A stretch of DNA of 64,000 bases from Acidocella sp. (GTDB lineage Bacteria; Pseudomonadota; Alphaproteobacteria; Acetobacterales; Acetobacteraceae), in the NCBI RefSeq assembly GCF_050253495.1, contig NZ_JBFWIX010000008.1:63189-127188 (forward strand). The letters are read 5' to 3'. Shown here piece by piece: positions 20,242 to 29,760 of the stretch; position 1 is the stretch's first letter; each line of letters opens with the position of its first letter. The position numbers were made by a program, and so were the translations under genes. The notes below the pieces were generated by a model. That model saw only the letters and a list, made by a program, of their open reading frames with translations. It made no database searches and was not told where the DNA came from.

Positions 20242-22860
20242 ATGAATTCCGAGTTACAGAATGCCGCGTGGCGCCTATCCAGGGTTGGTTGCGCGCCGCT
20301 TCTGGCTTTTCCCGCGGTTTTGTCCCTTGGTTTGCCGGCTTTGGCGCAAAACGTGATCGATACCAGCCAGTCAAGCGGTGTGTCGCTCGATCATTATATC
20401 GGACCGGTTGAAATAGAAACCGGCGTGAGCCTGGGGAGCGTGGGGGGAGTGGTTGTCGCCGCGGATTTTCCGGTGCAACTGGTCAATAATGGCCAAATCT
20501 CCAGTGCATCGGGGGTCGGCGTTTCGCTCGGCCAAGGCGGGGAATTGGTGAATAACGGGCTGATTCATGCGGGCAGCTATGCCGTGCGGGTCGAGGGAGA
20601 CGTGGGGGAGGTCACCAATACCGGGCAGATTTCCGCTGGATATGATGGTGTCAGCCTCAATCGTGGGGGAACGGTAAGCAATGAAGGCTCGATCTTCGGT
20701 GGGCATATTGGCGTTTACACCGGCAACGGCCTTGGAGTGGTGCAGAATAGTGGCACGATTTCGGCGCAGTCGGGCGATGCCGTGTCGCTCTATTCCGGTG
20801 GGACGCTGGTGAATGCGGCCAAGGGAGAATTGCTTGGCGGGTATTCCGGTGTTTACGCCGGTGGCGATGGCGCTGTTATCACCAATGCCGGGCTTGTCAG
20901 CGGAGATCTGTTTGGCGCTTACCTGATGGGGAACGCCACTGTCAGCAATCATGGCGTTCTGGCGGGTGGGCGCGATGGCGTGATCGATATTGGCCAGGGC
21001 GGCCGGGTCGTTAATGATGGCGTGATCCGTGGAGGGGAGGACGGTACGCGGTTCACCAAGGACGGCGGCCTGGACAATGCGGGAACCATTGCCGGAGGGG
21101 TGGACGGGGCGGTGCTTGGCCTGGGCGGTCGGCTTACCAATCAGGCGGGGGGTGTCATCTCCGGGGGAGTGGATGGCGTGGTCGCCGGGGTGGGAAGCGA
21201 GATCGTGAACGCGGGCACGATCTCAGGCTCGACCGGCCTTGAAGTGGCCGGTTCTTCGACGATCGAGAATAGCGGCACCATCATCGCGGGCATGGGGGGC
21301 GATGCCATTCGTCTGAATGGTGGGGGTAGCAGCGTCATATTATCAACCGGCAGTGAGGTTGATGGCGCTATCGCGGGAAATGGCACGGCCAGCGCTGTCA
21401 CCTTGACGGGGCATGGATATTTCTCCGGGGCTATCACGGGCCTGCAAAATGGGATGCTTGCCGTACAGCAGAATGCCGTCTGGACCGTGAGTGGCAATTG
21501 GGACGTGGGAAAGGTCGTGAACGAAGGCATGTTGACGGCGGGGCTGGTGGGCGCGCCGCTTATCATAACGGGCGATTTCACCCAGACGGATACCGGGACA
21601 TTGCGGGTGGTGGTGACGCCGCGCGGTATGAATCATCTGGTTGTTTCCGGTACGGCGCATTTGGCGGGTACGCTGGCCTATGTGTTGTCGCCCGGCACCT
21701 ATGAACCGTCCAGCTATGATTTTTTGACGGCATCGGGTGGTGTTCAGGGGGATTTTGCCGATGTGGAAACCAGCAATGCGTCCCAGCATGATCGCTCGTT
21801 GATCAATTCGACCGCGTCGGTGGCGGTCGCGGATGGGAAGAGCGCCGCATTGGCCATTGCCGGTCCCTTGGTTGTGGCGCCACCTGATGGAAGTTTGTTT
21901 GCCGCGGCCGGACAGGTGTTGACATTGGACAGCACGGAGGCCGGGTTGGCCTTATTAAGGCGGGGAATCGGGCAATATGATGATCAGGGCGGTTGCGCCG
22001 ATGTGCCCGCAGGGGAGACGGGTCAAAAAAACGCCATCGTCACGGCGCTGGCTGGTGGCTTCTGCCGTATGGGAGGTTGGTTGACGGTAACCGGCGGCGA
22101 TCTCTCCACCGATGGTCGCTATGATTCGCGTGGCGGAGGATTTTGGGCCGGAATGGCGCGCGCGGTGGGGCGGGCGCACCTCGGTTTGGCTGTGGGATAT
22201 GGTGCCTCGAATATCGAGGACGAGTCCGGCGGCAAGGCTTCGCTGAGGACGATCAGGCTGGGAACTTATGGATATATGCCTGTTGGTCGTGTCGTGATCA
22301 GCGGTGCGGTTTCGGGTGGATTGATCAGCATGACCACGACCCGCCCCACGGGGGTGGGGAACGCGAGTGGAGATGAGCATGGAAATATTGTTTCCGCCGC
22401 CATGCAGGTTGGGATGCCGCTTTTTGTCTGGGGCGGTGATGTGCGTCCGGCCGTGGGGATGACGCTCAGCCATTTAGCCATGGGAAATGCCCAAGAGATT
22501 GCCGCCAGCCAAGACCTCGCCCTGCATCTGTCGGCGTTTCAGGGCACGTATGTGGCGCCTTATATGAGTTTAACGGCCTTCAAACATTGTACGACCTCCT
22601 CCGGAATCGAGGTGATTCCGGAGATTGAGGCCGGGTTGAGCGTGAATGCCACAAATCCTGGACCGGACGCGACAATGGAGGCACGGGACGGTAGTCGGTT
22701 CGATTTTTCATCGTCCCGCCTGTCTCTCGTAAGTGGCCGGGCAGGGGTAGGGTTGGATGTCAAGCGTGGCCAGTGGCGTATCCACGCGCATTATGGGGCT
22801 GTCGTGTCAAGCAATTGGCATGCGCAATATGTACAAGCGGCGTTGTTGTTGCGGTTTTGA
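20242..22860 (+). CDS. Autotransporter outer-membrane protein (Gly-rich beta-helical passenger plus C-terminal beta-barrel)
   Basis: Signal-like N-terminus ending LPALAQ. Many ~20-residue repeats of the form G-x-V-x-N-x-G-x-I-x-G. The C-terminal region has alternating hydrophobic residues and ends in a terminal F (ALLLRF). Confidence 0.9.
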   Translation: MNSELQNAAWRLSRVGCAPLLAFPAVLSLGLPALAQNVIDTSQSSGVSLDHYIGPVEIETGVSLGSVGGVVVAADFPVQLVNNGQISSASGVGVSLGQGGELVNNGLIHAGSYAVRVEGDVGEVTNTGQISAGYDGVSLNRGGTVSNEGSIFGGHIGVYTGNGLGVVQNSGTISAQSGDAVSLYSGGTLVNAAKGELLGGYSGVYAGGDGAVITNAGLVSGDLFGAYLMGNATVSNHGVLAGGRDGVIDIGQGGRVVNDGVIRGGEDGTRFTKDGGLDNAGTIAGGVDGAVLGLGGRLTNQAGGVISGGVDGVVAGVGSEIVNAGTISGSTGLEVAGSSTIENSGTIIAGMGGDAIRLNGGGSSVILSTGSEVDGAIAGNGTASAVTLTGHGYFSGAITGLQNGMLAVQQNAVWTVSGNWDVGKVVNEGMLTAGLVGAPLIITGDFTQTDTGTLRVVVTPRGMNHLVVSGTAHLAGTLAYVLSPGTYEPSSYDFLTASGGVQGDFADVETSNASQHDRSLINSTASVAVADGKSAALAIAGPLVVAPPDGSLFAAAGQVLTLDSTEAGLALLRRGIGQYDDQGGCADVPAGETGQKNAIVTALAGGFCRMGGWLTVTGGDLSTDGRYDSRGGGFWAGMARAVGRAHLGLAVGYGASNIEDESGGKASLRTIRLGTYGYMPVGRVVISGAVSGGLISMTTTRPTGVGNASGDEHGNIVSAAMQVGMPLFVWGGDVRPAVGMTLSHLAMGNAQEIAASQDLALHLSAFQGTYVAPYMSLTAFKHCTTSSGIEVIPEIEAGLSVNATNPGPDATMEARDGSRFDFSSSRLSLVSGRAGVGLDVKRGQWRIHAHYGAVVSSNWHAQYVQAALLLRF

Positions 22861-23008
22861 GGGGGCCAACTGCGTGGAAAGCCATGATGCCGGTTTTTGG
22901 CGTTGGGGTGGAGTGTTGAGCTAAAAGCAAGGCAAATCAAGCAGGAAGCAATGAGAGGCGGAATAAATGCCCTCTTGCGCGTACCGGATGGACCGGTAAC
23001 TTGGAGTT

Positions 23009-23839
23009 ATGAATTTCATCTCCTCCTCCGCCTGTCTGTCAGACGTTCCGCACCAAAGGGCGGAAGGGGGGCTGGACCTTGCGGTGGCGCTGCAAGGTGA
23101 ACGGCATCGATTAGCCCGATTTTACCAGCGAGGGAGTTTGAAGGCGCGCTGCATCCGGACGGGAGACGCCATTGAACTGGTCGCCATCAATATTTCAGGT
23201 GGAATGGCGGGGGGAGATACGGCCAGTGTCAAGATGGAGCTGATGGCGGGCGCAAAGGCGGTTTTTACGACCCAGGCCGCGGAACGGATTTACCGCTCTC
23301 TTGGAGAGGTAACGCGCGTCGAAACCAGATTGATCGCCGGTCCTGGGGCGCATTTGATGTATCTTCCCCAGGAAACCATTTTGTTCGATGGCTTCGGCCT
23401 CAAGCGAAGCTTGGAGATCGACTTGGCTGAGGGCGCCAGTTTCGTGGGGGTTGAAGGGCTGGTTTTTGGGCGGCTTGCCATGGGAGAGGTAATCGAGCGG
23501 GGGAGCTTGTCCGATAAAATCACTTTGCGGCGTGAGGAAAGGCTGGTTTGGCGGGATGTATCCAGGGTCGAAGGGCATGTCTTTGCCCGGCTCGACAGGC
23601 CCGGCATAGGGAACGGGGCCCGCGCCATGGCCAGCCTGATTGCCGTTGGAGATGGGATGATGGCCAAATTGCCGGCAGTACAGAATGCGCTGTCCGGGCA
23701 TGTTGCGGGGCTCAGCACACATGATGGTATGATATTGTTGCGGCTGTTGGCGGCTGATTCGGCGTCCCTCAGGCGAGTTGTGACGGCTGCGTTGTCGATG
23801 CTGGGAAATGGCGCGCTGCCGCGCGTGTGGCAAAGTTAA
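23009..23839 (+). CDS. ureD: Urease accessory protein UreD
   Basis: 276 aa immediately upstream of ureABC. The block [10 protein letters not shown] is typical of UreD/UreH. Confidence 0.85.
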   Translation: MNFISSSACLSDVPHQRAEGGLDLAVALQGERHRLARFYQRGSLKARCIRTGDAIELVAINISGGMAGGDTASVKMELMAGAKAVFTTQAAERIYRSLGEVTRVETRLIAGPGAHLMYLPQETILFDGFGLKRSLEIDLAEGASFVGVEGLVFGRLAMGEVIERGSLSDKITLRREERLVWRDVSRVEGHVFARLDRPGIGNGARAMASLIAVGDGMMAKLPAVQNALSGHVAGLSTHDGMILLRLLAADSASLRRVVTAALSMLGNGALPRVWQS

Positions 23840-23849
23840 GGAAAAGATC

Positions 23850-24152
23850 GTGAACCTGACAAGTCGGGAGAAGGACAAGTTGCTGGTGGCCATGGCCGCG
23901 ATTGTCGCGCGGAAACGTCTGGAGCGGGGGGTGAAGCTGAACTACCCTGAAGCCGTGGCCTTGATCACTGATTTCGTGGTGGAAGGCGCGCGAGACGGTA
24001 AGCGTGTGGCGGAATTGATGGAGGCTGGCGCGCATGTGCTGACGCGTGATCAGGTGATGGAAGGGGTTGCCGAGATGATCCATGACGTACAGGTTGAAGC
24101 GACTTTTCCGGATGGGACCAAGCTTGTCACCGTGCATGAGCCTGTCAGATGA
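23850..24152 (+). CDS. ureA: Urease subunit gamma
   Basis: GTG start gives [16 protein letters not shown]...[10 protein letters not shown], the canonical UreA N-terminus. 100 aa. Confidence 0.95.
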   Translation: MNLTSREKDKLLVAMAAIVARKRLERGVKLNYPEAVALITDFVVEGARDGKRVAELMEAGAHVLTRDQVMEGVAEMIHDVQVEATFPDGTKLVTVHEPVR

Positions 24153-24457
24153 TTCCCGGGGAAGTCATGACACAGGATGGTGAGATCGAACTCAATGCAG
24201 GACAGGAAAAGATGGTTTTGGTTGTGGCCAATACCGGAGACAGGCCTGTCCAGGTGGGGAGCCACTACCATTTCGCGGAAACCAATGCCGCCTTGGCCTT
24301 CGATAGGGCTGCCGCGCGGGGTAAGCGGCTCGATATCGCGGCGGGAACGGCCGTACGTTTCGAGCCAGGGCAGAGCAGGGAAGTGGTTTTGATCCCTTAT
24401 CGCGGGAATAGAAAAATTTTTGGGTTTCGTGGTTTGACCATGGGGAGTGCTGATTAA
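24149..24457 (+). CDS. ureB: Urease subunit beta
   Basis: MIPGE...[21 protein letters not shown] overlap with ureA. Confidence 0.95.
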   Translation: MIPGEVMTQDGEIELNAGQEKMVLVVANTGDRPVQVGSHYHFAETNAALAFDRAAARGKRLDIAAGTAVRFEPGQSREVVLIPYRGNRKIFGFRGLTMGSAD

Positions 24458-26163
24458 TGGCCCGTATTTCCCGTGCCGCCTATGCGGATATGTTTGGCCC
24501 CACGGTTGGGGACCGTGTCCGGCTGGCGGATACGGAATTATTCGCCGAGGTCGAGAAAGACTTCACCGTTTATGGGGATGAGGTGAAGTTCGGCGGTGGC
24601 AAGGTCATTCGCGATGGCATGGGCCAGTCCCAGATGACCAATGCTGAAGGTGCCGCGGATACGGTGATCACCAATGCCTTGATTATCGACCATTGGGGGG
24701 TCGTGAAGGCCGATATATCCATTGTTGCTGGAAGAATCAAAAAAATTGGAAAGGCCGGGAATCCGGATATACAGCCAGGGGTGGATATTGTCATCGGGCC
24801 CGGCACTGAGGTGATCGCGGGCGAGGGAAAGATTGTCACGGCCGGTGGCATTGATTCCCATATCCATTTCATTTGTCCGCAGCAGATTGAAGAAGCGCTG
24901 GCCGCGGGCATTACCACCATGGTCGGTGGAGGAACGGGACCGGCCACTGGAACAGCCGCCACAACCTGCACGCCGGGGCCGTTTCATCTGGCGCGGATGC
25001 TGCAAGCGGCTGAGGCTTTTCCCATGAATCTCGCATTTACGGGTAAAGGAAATGCAAGCCAGCCCGCGGCCTTGGAAGAGATGATCCGGGCGGGCGCATC
25101 TTCGCTTAAGCTGCATGAGGATTGGGGAACAACGCCCGCGGCGATCGATAATTGTCTTTCGGTGGCTGATGCGTTTGACGTGCAGGTGATGATTCATACC
25201 GACACGTTGAATGAGAGCGGTTTTGTGGAAGATACCATAGCGGCTTTCAAGGGGCGCACCATCCACGCTTTTCATACTGAAGGGGCGGGTGGCGGACATG
25301 CGCCGGATATTATTCGTGTCGCGGGGTTGCCGAATGTTTTGCCGAGTTCCACGAACCCGACACGCCCCTATACGGTGAATACTCTTGATGAGCATCTCGA
25401 TATGCTCATGGTTTGCCATCATCTGGATGGAACGGTCCCCGAAGATATTGCCTTCGCCGAATCACGAATTCGCAAGGAGACGATCGCCGCCGAGGATATT
25501 TTGCACGATTTAGGTGTGCTTTCGATGTTCTCTTCCGATAGCCAGGCCATGGGACGTGTCGGTGAGGTGATTATACGCTGCTGGCAGACAGCGCATAAAA
25601 TGAAAATTCAGCGTGGCGGCCTGCCGGGAGATGGCGGGGCCGACAATGCGCGTATCAAGCGTTATATTGCAAAATATACGATCAACCCGGCTATTGCCCA
25701 AGGCCTGTCCAGCCATGTCGGTTCCGTGGAGGCAGGTAAATTGGCGGATTTGGTTTTGTGGTCGCCCGCGTTTTTTGGAATCAAGCCAGATATGGTGTTG
25801 AAGGGTGGGAGCATCGCCATGGCGCAGATGGGGGATCCCAATGCCTCGATTCCCACACCGCAGCCGGTGCATTATCGCCCGATGTTCGGGGCATATGGGA
25901 GGGCGCTCGTTGAATCCTCCCTATTATTCGTGTCGCAGGCTGCCCTGCAAGACGATATCGGCCACCGATTAAAGCTGACTCGTCCCTTGGAGGCGGTAAA
26001 AAATGTGCGGGGGGGGATTGGTAAAAAGGCCATGATCCATAACGATGCGATGCCTGTCATAGAGGTGGACCCGGAAACCTATGAAGTACGCGCGGATGGT
26101 GAACTACTTGTTTGCGAACCAGCGGAAAGCTTGCCGATGACACAACGTTATTTCCTGTTTTGA
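24457..26163 (+). CDS. ureC: Urease subunit alpha
   Basis: 568 aa. Hallmark blocks: [27 protein letters not shown]. Confidence 0.95.
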   Translation: MARISRAAYADMFGPTVGDRVRLADTELFAEVEKDFTVYGDEVKFGGGKVIRDGMGQSQMTNAEGAADTVITNALIIDHWGVVKADISIVAGRIKKIGKAGNPDIQPGVDIVIGPGTEVIAGEGKIVTAGGIDSHIHFICPQQIEEALAAGITTMVGGGTGPATGTAATTCTPGPFHLARMLQAAEAFPMNLAFTGKGNASQPAALEEMIRAGASSLKLHEDWGTTPAAIDNCLSVADAFDVQVMIHTDTLNESGFVEDTIAAFKGRTIHAFHTEGAGGGHAPDIIRVAGLPNVLPSSTNPTRPYTVNTLDEHLDMLMVCHHLDGTVPEDIAFAESRIRKETIAAEDILHDLGVLSMFSSDSQAMGRVGEVIIRCWQTAHKMKIQRGGLPGDGGADNARIKRYIAKYTINPAIAQGLSSHVGSVEAGKLADLVLWSPAFFGIKPDMVLKGGSIAMAQMGDPNASIPTPQPVHYRPMFGAYGRALVESSLLFVSQAALQDDIGHRLKLTRPLEAVKNVRGGIGKKAMIHNDAMPVIEVDPETYEVRADGELLVCEPAESLPMTQRYFLF

Positions 26164-26442
26164 TTCCGCCGCCCGAAGACGGCATTGTTGTCTTTTGAAC
26201 GGTTGCTGAGGATTAGAAACCGGGACAAGTTGTGAGGAGAGACTTTCAACCTTAAATTGATTGTCATTTTTAATAAAGCTTTTGGTTGTGTTGTTGGCGC
26301 TTTTCCAAGGGAAGAAGCACAAGACATAGCCTGTGGTATCGTGAAGAAGTCTATTAGTCAGTGATATATGGAAGGCCGGAAAGGAGGCGCATGCTTATTT
26401 CATTAGACCTCCTTAAATTAGCCTTATCTGGTATTGGCGCAT

Positions 26443-27321
26443 ATGGGCGACAATGTAATTGAGGCTGATCTGATTGCGGTTTTGGTCGCGGTCACGAATG
26501 CGGAGCCGCGTGTCCTTACCCTCGCGGATGGGTTTTCTTTGCCGTCTGGTCCTTTGAGGACAGGACATAAAAGCCTCCAGGCAGGTTTGAGAGCTTGGGT
26601 TGAGCAGCAAACCCACCATCCGCTAGGATATGTCGAGCAGCTTTATACGTTCGCAGACCAGCGGGCGGATGCCGCGCGTAGCATCTCCATTTCATATCTG
26701 GGCCTTAGCCGAGAGGAGGCCGCCAAGTATCCCGGCGCGCTTTGGCGTAGTTGGTATGATTATTTCCCGTGGGAAGATACGCGCAATGGTACGCCCTGTC
26801 GTGCATTCTTGTTGGATTGTTTGGGGAAGTGGGCTGGAAATTCGGCCGTTCGGAAAGCCCGTATCGCCGGACTGTTTGGGGCAGGGCCGGAATGGAACGA
26901 TGAGCTTGTGTTGCAGCGTTATGAATTGCTGTGGGAGGTTGGGATTGTAGCCGAGGCACGGCGAGACCGTGTGGTCGCGGGCCCCACGGTTCCTGGGCGG
27001 GAAATGACCCATGACCATCGTCGAATTTTGGCCACGGCGATCGCGCGCTTGCGTGCTAAGATTAAATATCGGCCGGTGGTTTTTGAGCTTTTGCCAAGGG
27101 AGTTTACTCTTTTGGAGCTTCAACAAGCCATGGAGGCTTTAGCGGGGGTGAATTTTCATAAACCCAATTTTCGGAGATTCATCGAACAGCAGGATTTGGT
27201 TGAGGAAACAGGCCATTTTTCCTCTGGGTTGGCGGGAAGGCCGGCAAAGCTGTTCCGGTTTCGCGCCGCGGTGATGGATGAACGCCGTCTTTCTGGTTCC
27301 AAGCTACCCATAGTGAAATGA
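26443..27321 (+). CDS. nrtR: NrtR-like regulator (degenerate Nudix domain plus C-terminal winged-helix domain)
   Basis: The Nudix-box position is degenerate (GPLRTGHKSLQAGLRAWVEQQTH). The C-terminal block FELLPREFTLLELQQAMEALAGVNFHKPNFRRFI...GRPAKLFRF matches the NrtR wHTH pattern as I recall it. The gene sits directly upstream of nadABC. The start is uncertain (ATG 26443; the track uses TTG 26434). Confidence 0.7.
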   Translation: MGDNVIEADLIAVLVAVTNAEPRVLTLADGFSLPSGPLRTGHKSLQAGLRAWVEQQTHHPLGYVEQLYTFADQRADAARSISISYLGLSREEAAKYPGALWRSWYDYFPWEDTRNGTPCRAFLLDCLGKWAGNSAVRKARIAGLFGAGPEWNDELVLQRYELLWEVGIVAEARRDRVVAGPTVPGREMTHDHRRILATAIARLRAKIKYRPVVFELLPREFTLLELQQAMEALAGVNFHKPNFRRFIEQQDLVEETGHFSSGLAGRPAKLFRFRAAVMDERRLSGSKLPIVK

Positions 27322-27334
27322 TGTCTTGATTTTT

Positions 27335-27353
27335 TATACTCGAAGTGAGTATA
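27335..27353. promoter_or_regulatory. Palindrome TATACTC-N5-GAGTATA (extends to TTTATACTC/GAGTATAAA), candidate operator 1 upstream of nadA
   Basis: Read directly from the sequence: tttatactcgaagtgagtataaa. Confidence 0.6.
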
Positions 27354-27364
27354 AAGGCATCTAT

Positions 27365-27383
27365 TATACTCTATTTGAGTATA
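27365..27383. promoter_or_regulatory. Palindrome TATACTC-N5-GAGTATA, candidate operator 2 upstream of nadA
   Basis: Read directly from the sequence: attatactctatttgagtataaa. It lies exactly 30 bp downstream of box 1 and ends 16 nt before the nadA ATG. GGGAG (RBS) follows it. Confidence 0.6.
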
Positions 27384-27399
27384 AATTTGGGAGCTAAAG

Positions 27400-28359
27400 A
27401 TGCCGCTTAATGAGCTTTACGACCGCGTATCCCGTGTGATTCCGCCGTTTGAGTGGGAAACGATGGAAGAAGATGTCGCGGTGATTCTTGCGCTGAAAAA
27501 AAAGCATCGAGCTGTTATTCTCGCGCATAATTATCAAACACCTGAAATTTTCCATGGTGTTGCTGATATTGTCGGGGATAGCCTCGCCTTGGCTCGCGAA
27601 GCTCAAAAAGTTGATGCGGATGTTATTTTGCTGGCTGGAGTCCATTTCATGGCAGAGACGGCAAAACTGATGAATCCCGATAAAACAGTGCTAATTCCTG
27701 ACACTTTGGCTGGTTGCTCGTTGGCTGAGTCGATTACACCAGATGACATAGCCTTGCTAAGGCGAACATATCCAGGAAGGCCGGTTATTGCTTATGTCAA
27801 CACATCTGCCGCGGTGAAAGCGGCGAGCGATATTTGCTGTACTTCAGGCAATGCGAGAAAAGTGGTTGAATCACTGGGTGTCTCGGAAGTTATTATGATT
27901 CCGGATGAGTTTTTGGCGCAGAACGTTGCCAAGGAAACGAAAGTGAAGATCATTGCCTGGAAAGGGCATTGCGAAGTGCATGAGCGCTTCGTTCCCGAAG
28001 ATATAGATGCCTTGCGTAGGCAATATCCTGATATTGTTGTTTTGGCTCATCCAGAGTGTCCACCTGAAGTAGTTTCCGTCTCTGATTTTTCGGGCTCAAC
28101 AGCGGTAATGGCTGATTATGTAAGAGATAAAAAGCCGGCGCGGGTTGCGTTGATTACTGAGTGTTCGATGAGCGATAACATCGCTCAAATAAGTGCGGGC
28201 ACTGAATTCATCAGACCATGCAATCTTTGCCCACACATGAAGCGGATTACTCTAGGGAATATAAGAAAATCTCTTGAAAATATGGAAATGAAAGTCTCCA
28301 TTCCAGAAAGTTTTTTTGAGCCTGCGCGGCGGGCTGTTGAACGAATGCTAGCCGTTTGA
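27400..28359 (+). CDS. nadA: Quinolinate synthase NadA (short ~320-aa type)
   Basis: Typical NadA blocks: ILAHNYQ, VHFMAET, YVNTSA, CTSGNA, AHPEC. Confidence 0.9.
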   Translation: MPLNELYDRVSRVIPPFEWETMEEDVAVILALKKKHRAVILAHNYQTPEIFHGVADIVGDSLALAREAQKVDADVILLAGVHFMAETAKLMNPDKTVLIPDTLAGCSLAESITPDDIALLRRTYPGRPVIAYVNTSAAVKAASDICCTSGNARKVVESLGVSEVIMIPDEFLAQNVAKETKVKIIAWKGHCEVHERFVPEDIDALRRQYPDIVVLAHPECPPEVVSVSDFSGSTAVMADYVRDKKPARVALITECSMSDNIAQISAGTEFIRPCNLCPHMKRITLGNIRKSLENMEMKVSIPESFFEPARRAVERMLAV

Positions 28360-29759
28360 TGATTGTCATCGGAGGAGGAGTTGCTGGTTTGATGGCGGCT
28401 TTAGCCGCTGCGCCAAGGCCTGTGACATTGATCAATTCAAATGGGTTTGGGCTTGGTGCGGCTAGTTGGCTTGCCCAGGGCGGGGTGGCCGCTGCTATTG
28501 GGCACGACGATAGCCTTGAGCTTCATGCTGCCGACACTCTAGCCGTGGGTGCGGGGTTGTGTAATCCTGAAGCGGTAAGGCGAATCATATCGTCAGGGCC
28601 GGATATAATACAAAAATTTATAGATTATGGCGTGGTTTTTGATAATGCTCCCGATGGGGCTTTATCTCTTGGGCTGGAAGCGGCCCATAGCCGCCATCGT
28701 ATTTTGCATGGTGGAGGGGACCAGACTGGAGCTGTCATCATGCGCGCCTTGATTGAAAAAGTGATGATGACGCCTTCGGTCTCTGTTTTAGAGGCAACAG
28801 CCAGGAGAATTTTTGTTGGGGATGCTGGTGTTTCTGGTGTTCAAATAACCAAGAATGGTGAAATTACCAACCTTGTCAGTGATAGAGTTTTGTTGGCGAC
28901 GGGAGGAATTGGAGGGCTTTTTCGATATAGCACAAACCCTCTTGGTGCGCTTGGGCATGGCCTTATCCTTGCCAAAGATGCGGGGGCTTTGCTAGAAAAT
29001 CTTGAATTTGTGCAATTCCATCCGACAGCGCTTTCTGTTGATGTTGCGCCGTTGCCTCTCATTTCAGAAGCGGTGCGTGGTGAAGGGGCCAGGTTTATCG
29101 ATGAACAGGGAGTGTTCTTTATGGAGGGGAAAGACCTAGATTCGAGAGATGTCGTGGCGAGAGGAGTGTTTGCTCATACTTTGAAGGGGCATAAGGTTTT
29201 TTTGGATGCGCGGTCTCTTCGTGAAAAATTTTCAACACGGTTTCCTGCTATATATGCTGTTTGCATGAAAGCCGGAATCGATCCAGCGTTGCAGCCTCTT
29301 CCTGTTCAGCCGGCGGCACATTACCACATGGGTGGGATTGGTGTCGATGAGTATGGCAGGACGACTATCAAGGGGTTGTATGCGGCGGGTGAAGTTGCTT
29401 GTACGGGGCTGCATGGCGCAAATCGCTTGGCTAGCAATTCCTTGTTGGAAGCAGCGGTTTGTGGGACGGCGACAGGTTTGGCAATGAAAGAACAAGCCGC
29501 TAAACGAGACAAAGCTTTGCCCATGCTGGCCTTGCCGCCAGAGCCTAAGCCGGAAGCGGTCAAGGACATAATGTCACGTCAATGCGGTGTTGTAAGAACC
29601 ACCCAAGGGCTTGAAGAGGCAGCCAACAAGTTTTCTGATTTAGCGCGAACAAATCCCGCGGCGGATTTATCTCTTGCAATTGTGCAAGCCGCCCTGGCGC
29701 GAACTGAATCTATTGGGGCGCATGCCAGGGACGATCATCTCATTCAGCAGGCTGCTTAG
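28356..29759 (+). CDS. nadB: L-aspartate oxidase NadB
   Basis: FAD-binding VIGGGVAGL; QGGVAAA, HPT, GLYAAGEVACTGLHGANRLASNSLLE. ATGA overlap with nadA. Confidence 0.9.
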   Translation: MMIVIGGGVAGLMAALAAAPRPVTLINSNGFGLGAASWLAQGGVAAAIGHDDSLELHAADTLAVGAGLCNPEAVRRIISSGPDIIQKFIDYGVVFDNAPDGALSLGLEAAHSRHRILHGGGDQTGAVIMRALIEKVMMTPSVSVLEATARRIFVGDAGVSGVQITKNGEITNLVSDRVLLATGGIGGLFRYSTNPLGALGHGLILAKDAGALLENLEFVQFHPTALSVDVAPLPLISEAVRGEGARFIDEQGVFFMEGKDLDSRDVVARGVFAHTLKGHKVFLDARSLREKFSTRFPAIYAVCMKAGIDPALQPLPVQPAAHYHMGGIGVDEYGRTTIKGLYAAGEVACTGLHGANRLASNSLLEAAVCGTATGLAMKEQAAKRDKALPMLALPPEPKPEAVKDIMSRQCGVVRTTQGLEEAANKFSDLARTNPAADLSLAIVQAALARTESIGAHARDDHLIQQAA

Positions 29760-29760
29760 A

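Noticed and set aside
26164-26205. A hairpin AAGAC-N9-GTCTT followed by TTT after ureC might be an intrinsic terminator.
   Set aside because: The stem is only 5 bp and is weak, so it is not convincing enough to annotate.
26164-26433. The AT-rich spacer after ureC might be a mobile-element junction (att site, tRNA fragment or IS end).
   Set aside because: I found no tRNA-like sequence, terminal inverted repeats, integrase or transposase ORF, or a matching direct repeat at the far side of the AT-richer block. Only the compositional shift remains, and it is reported as a finding.
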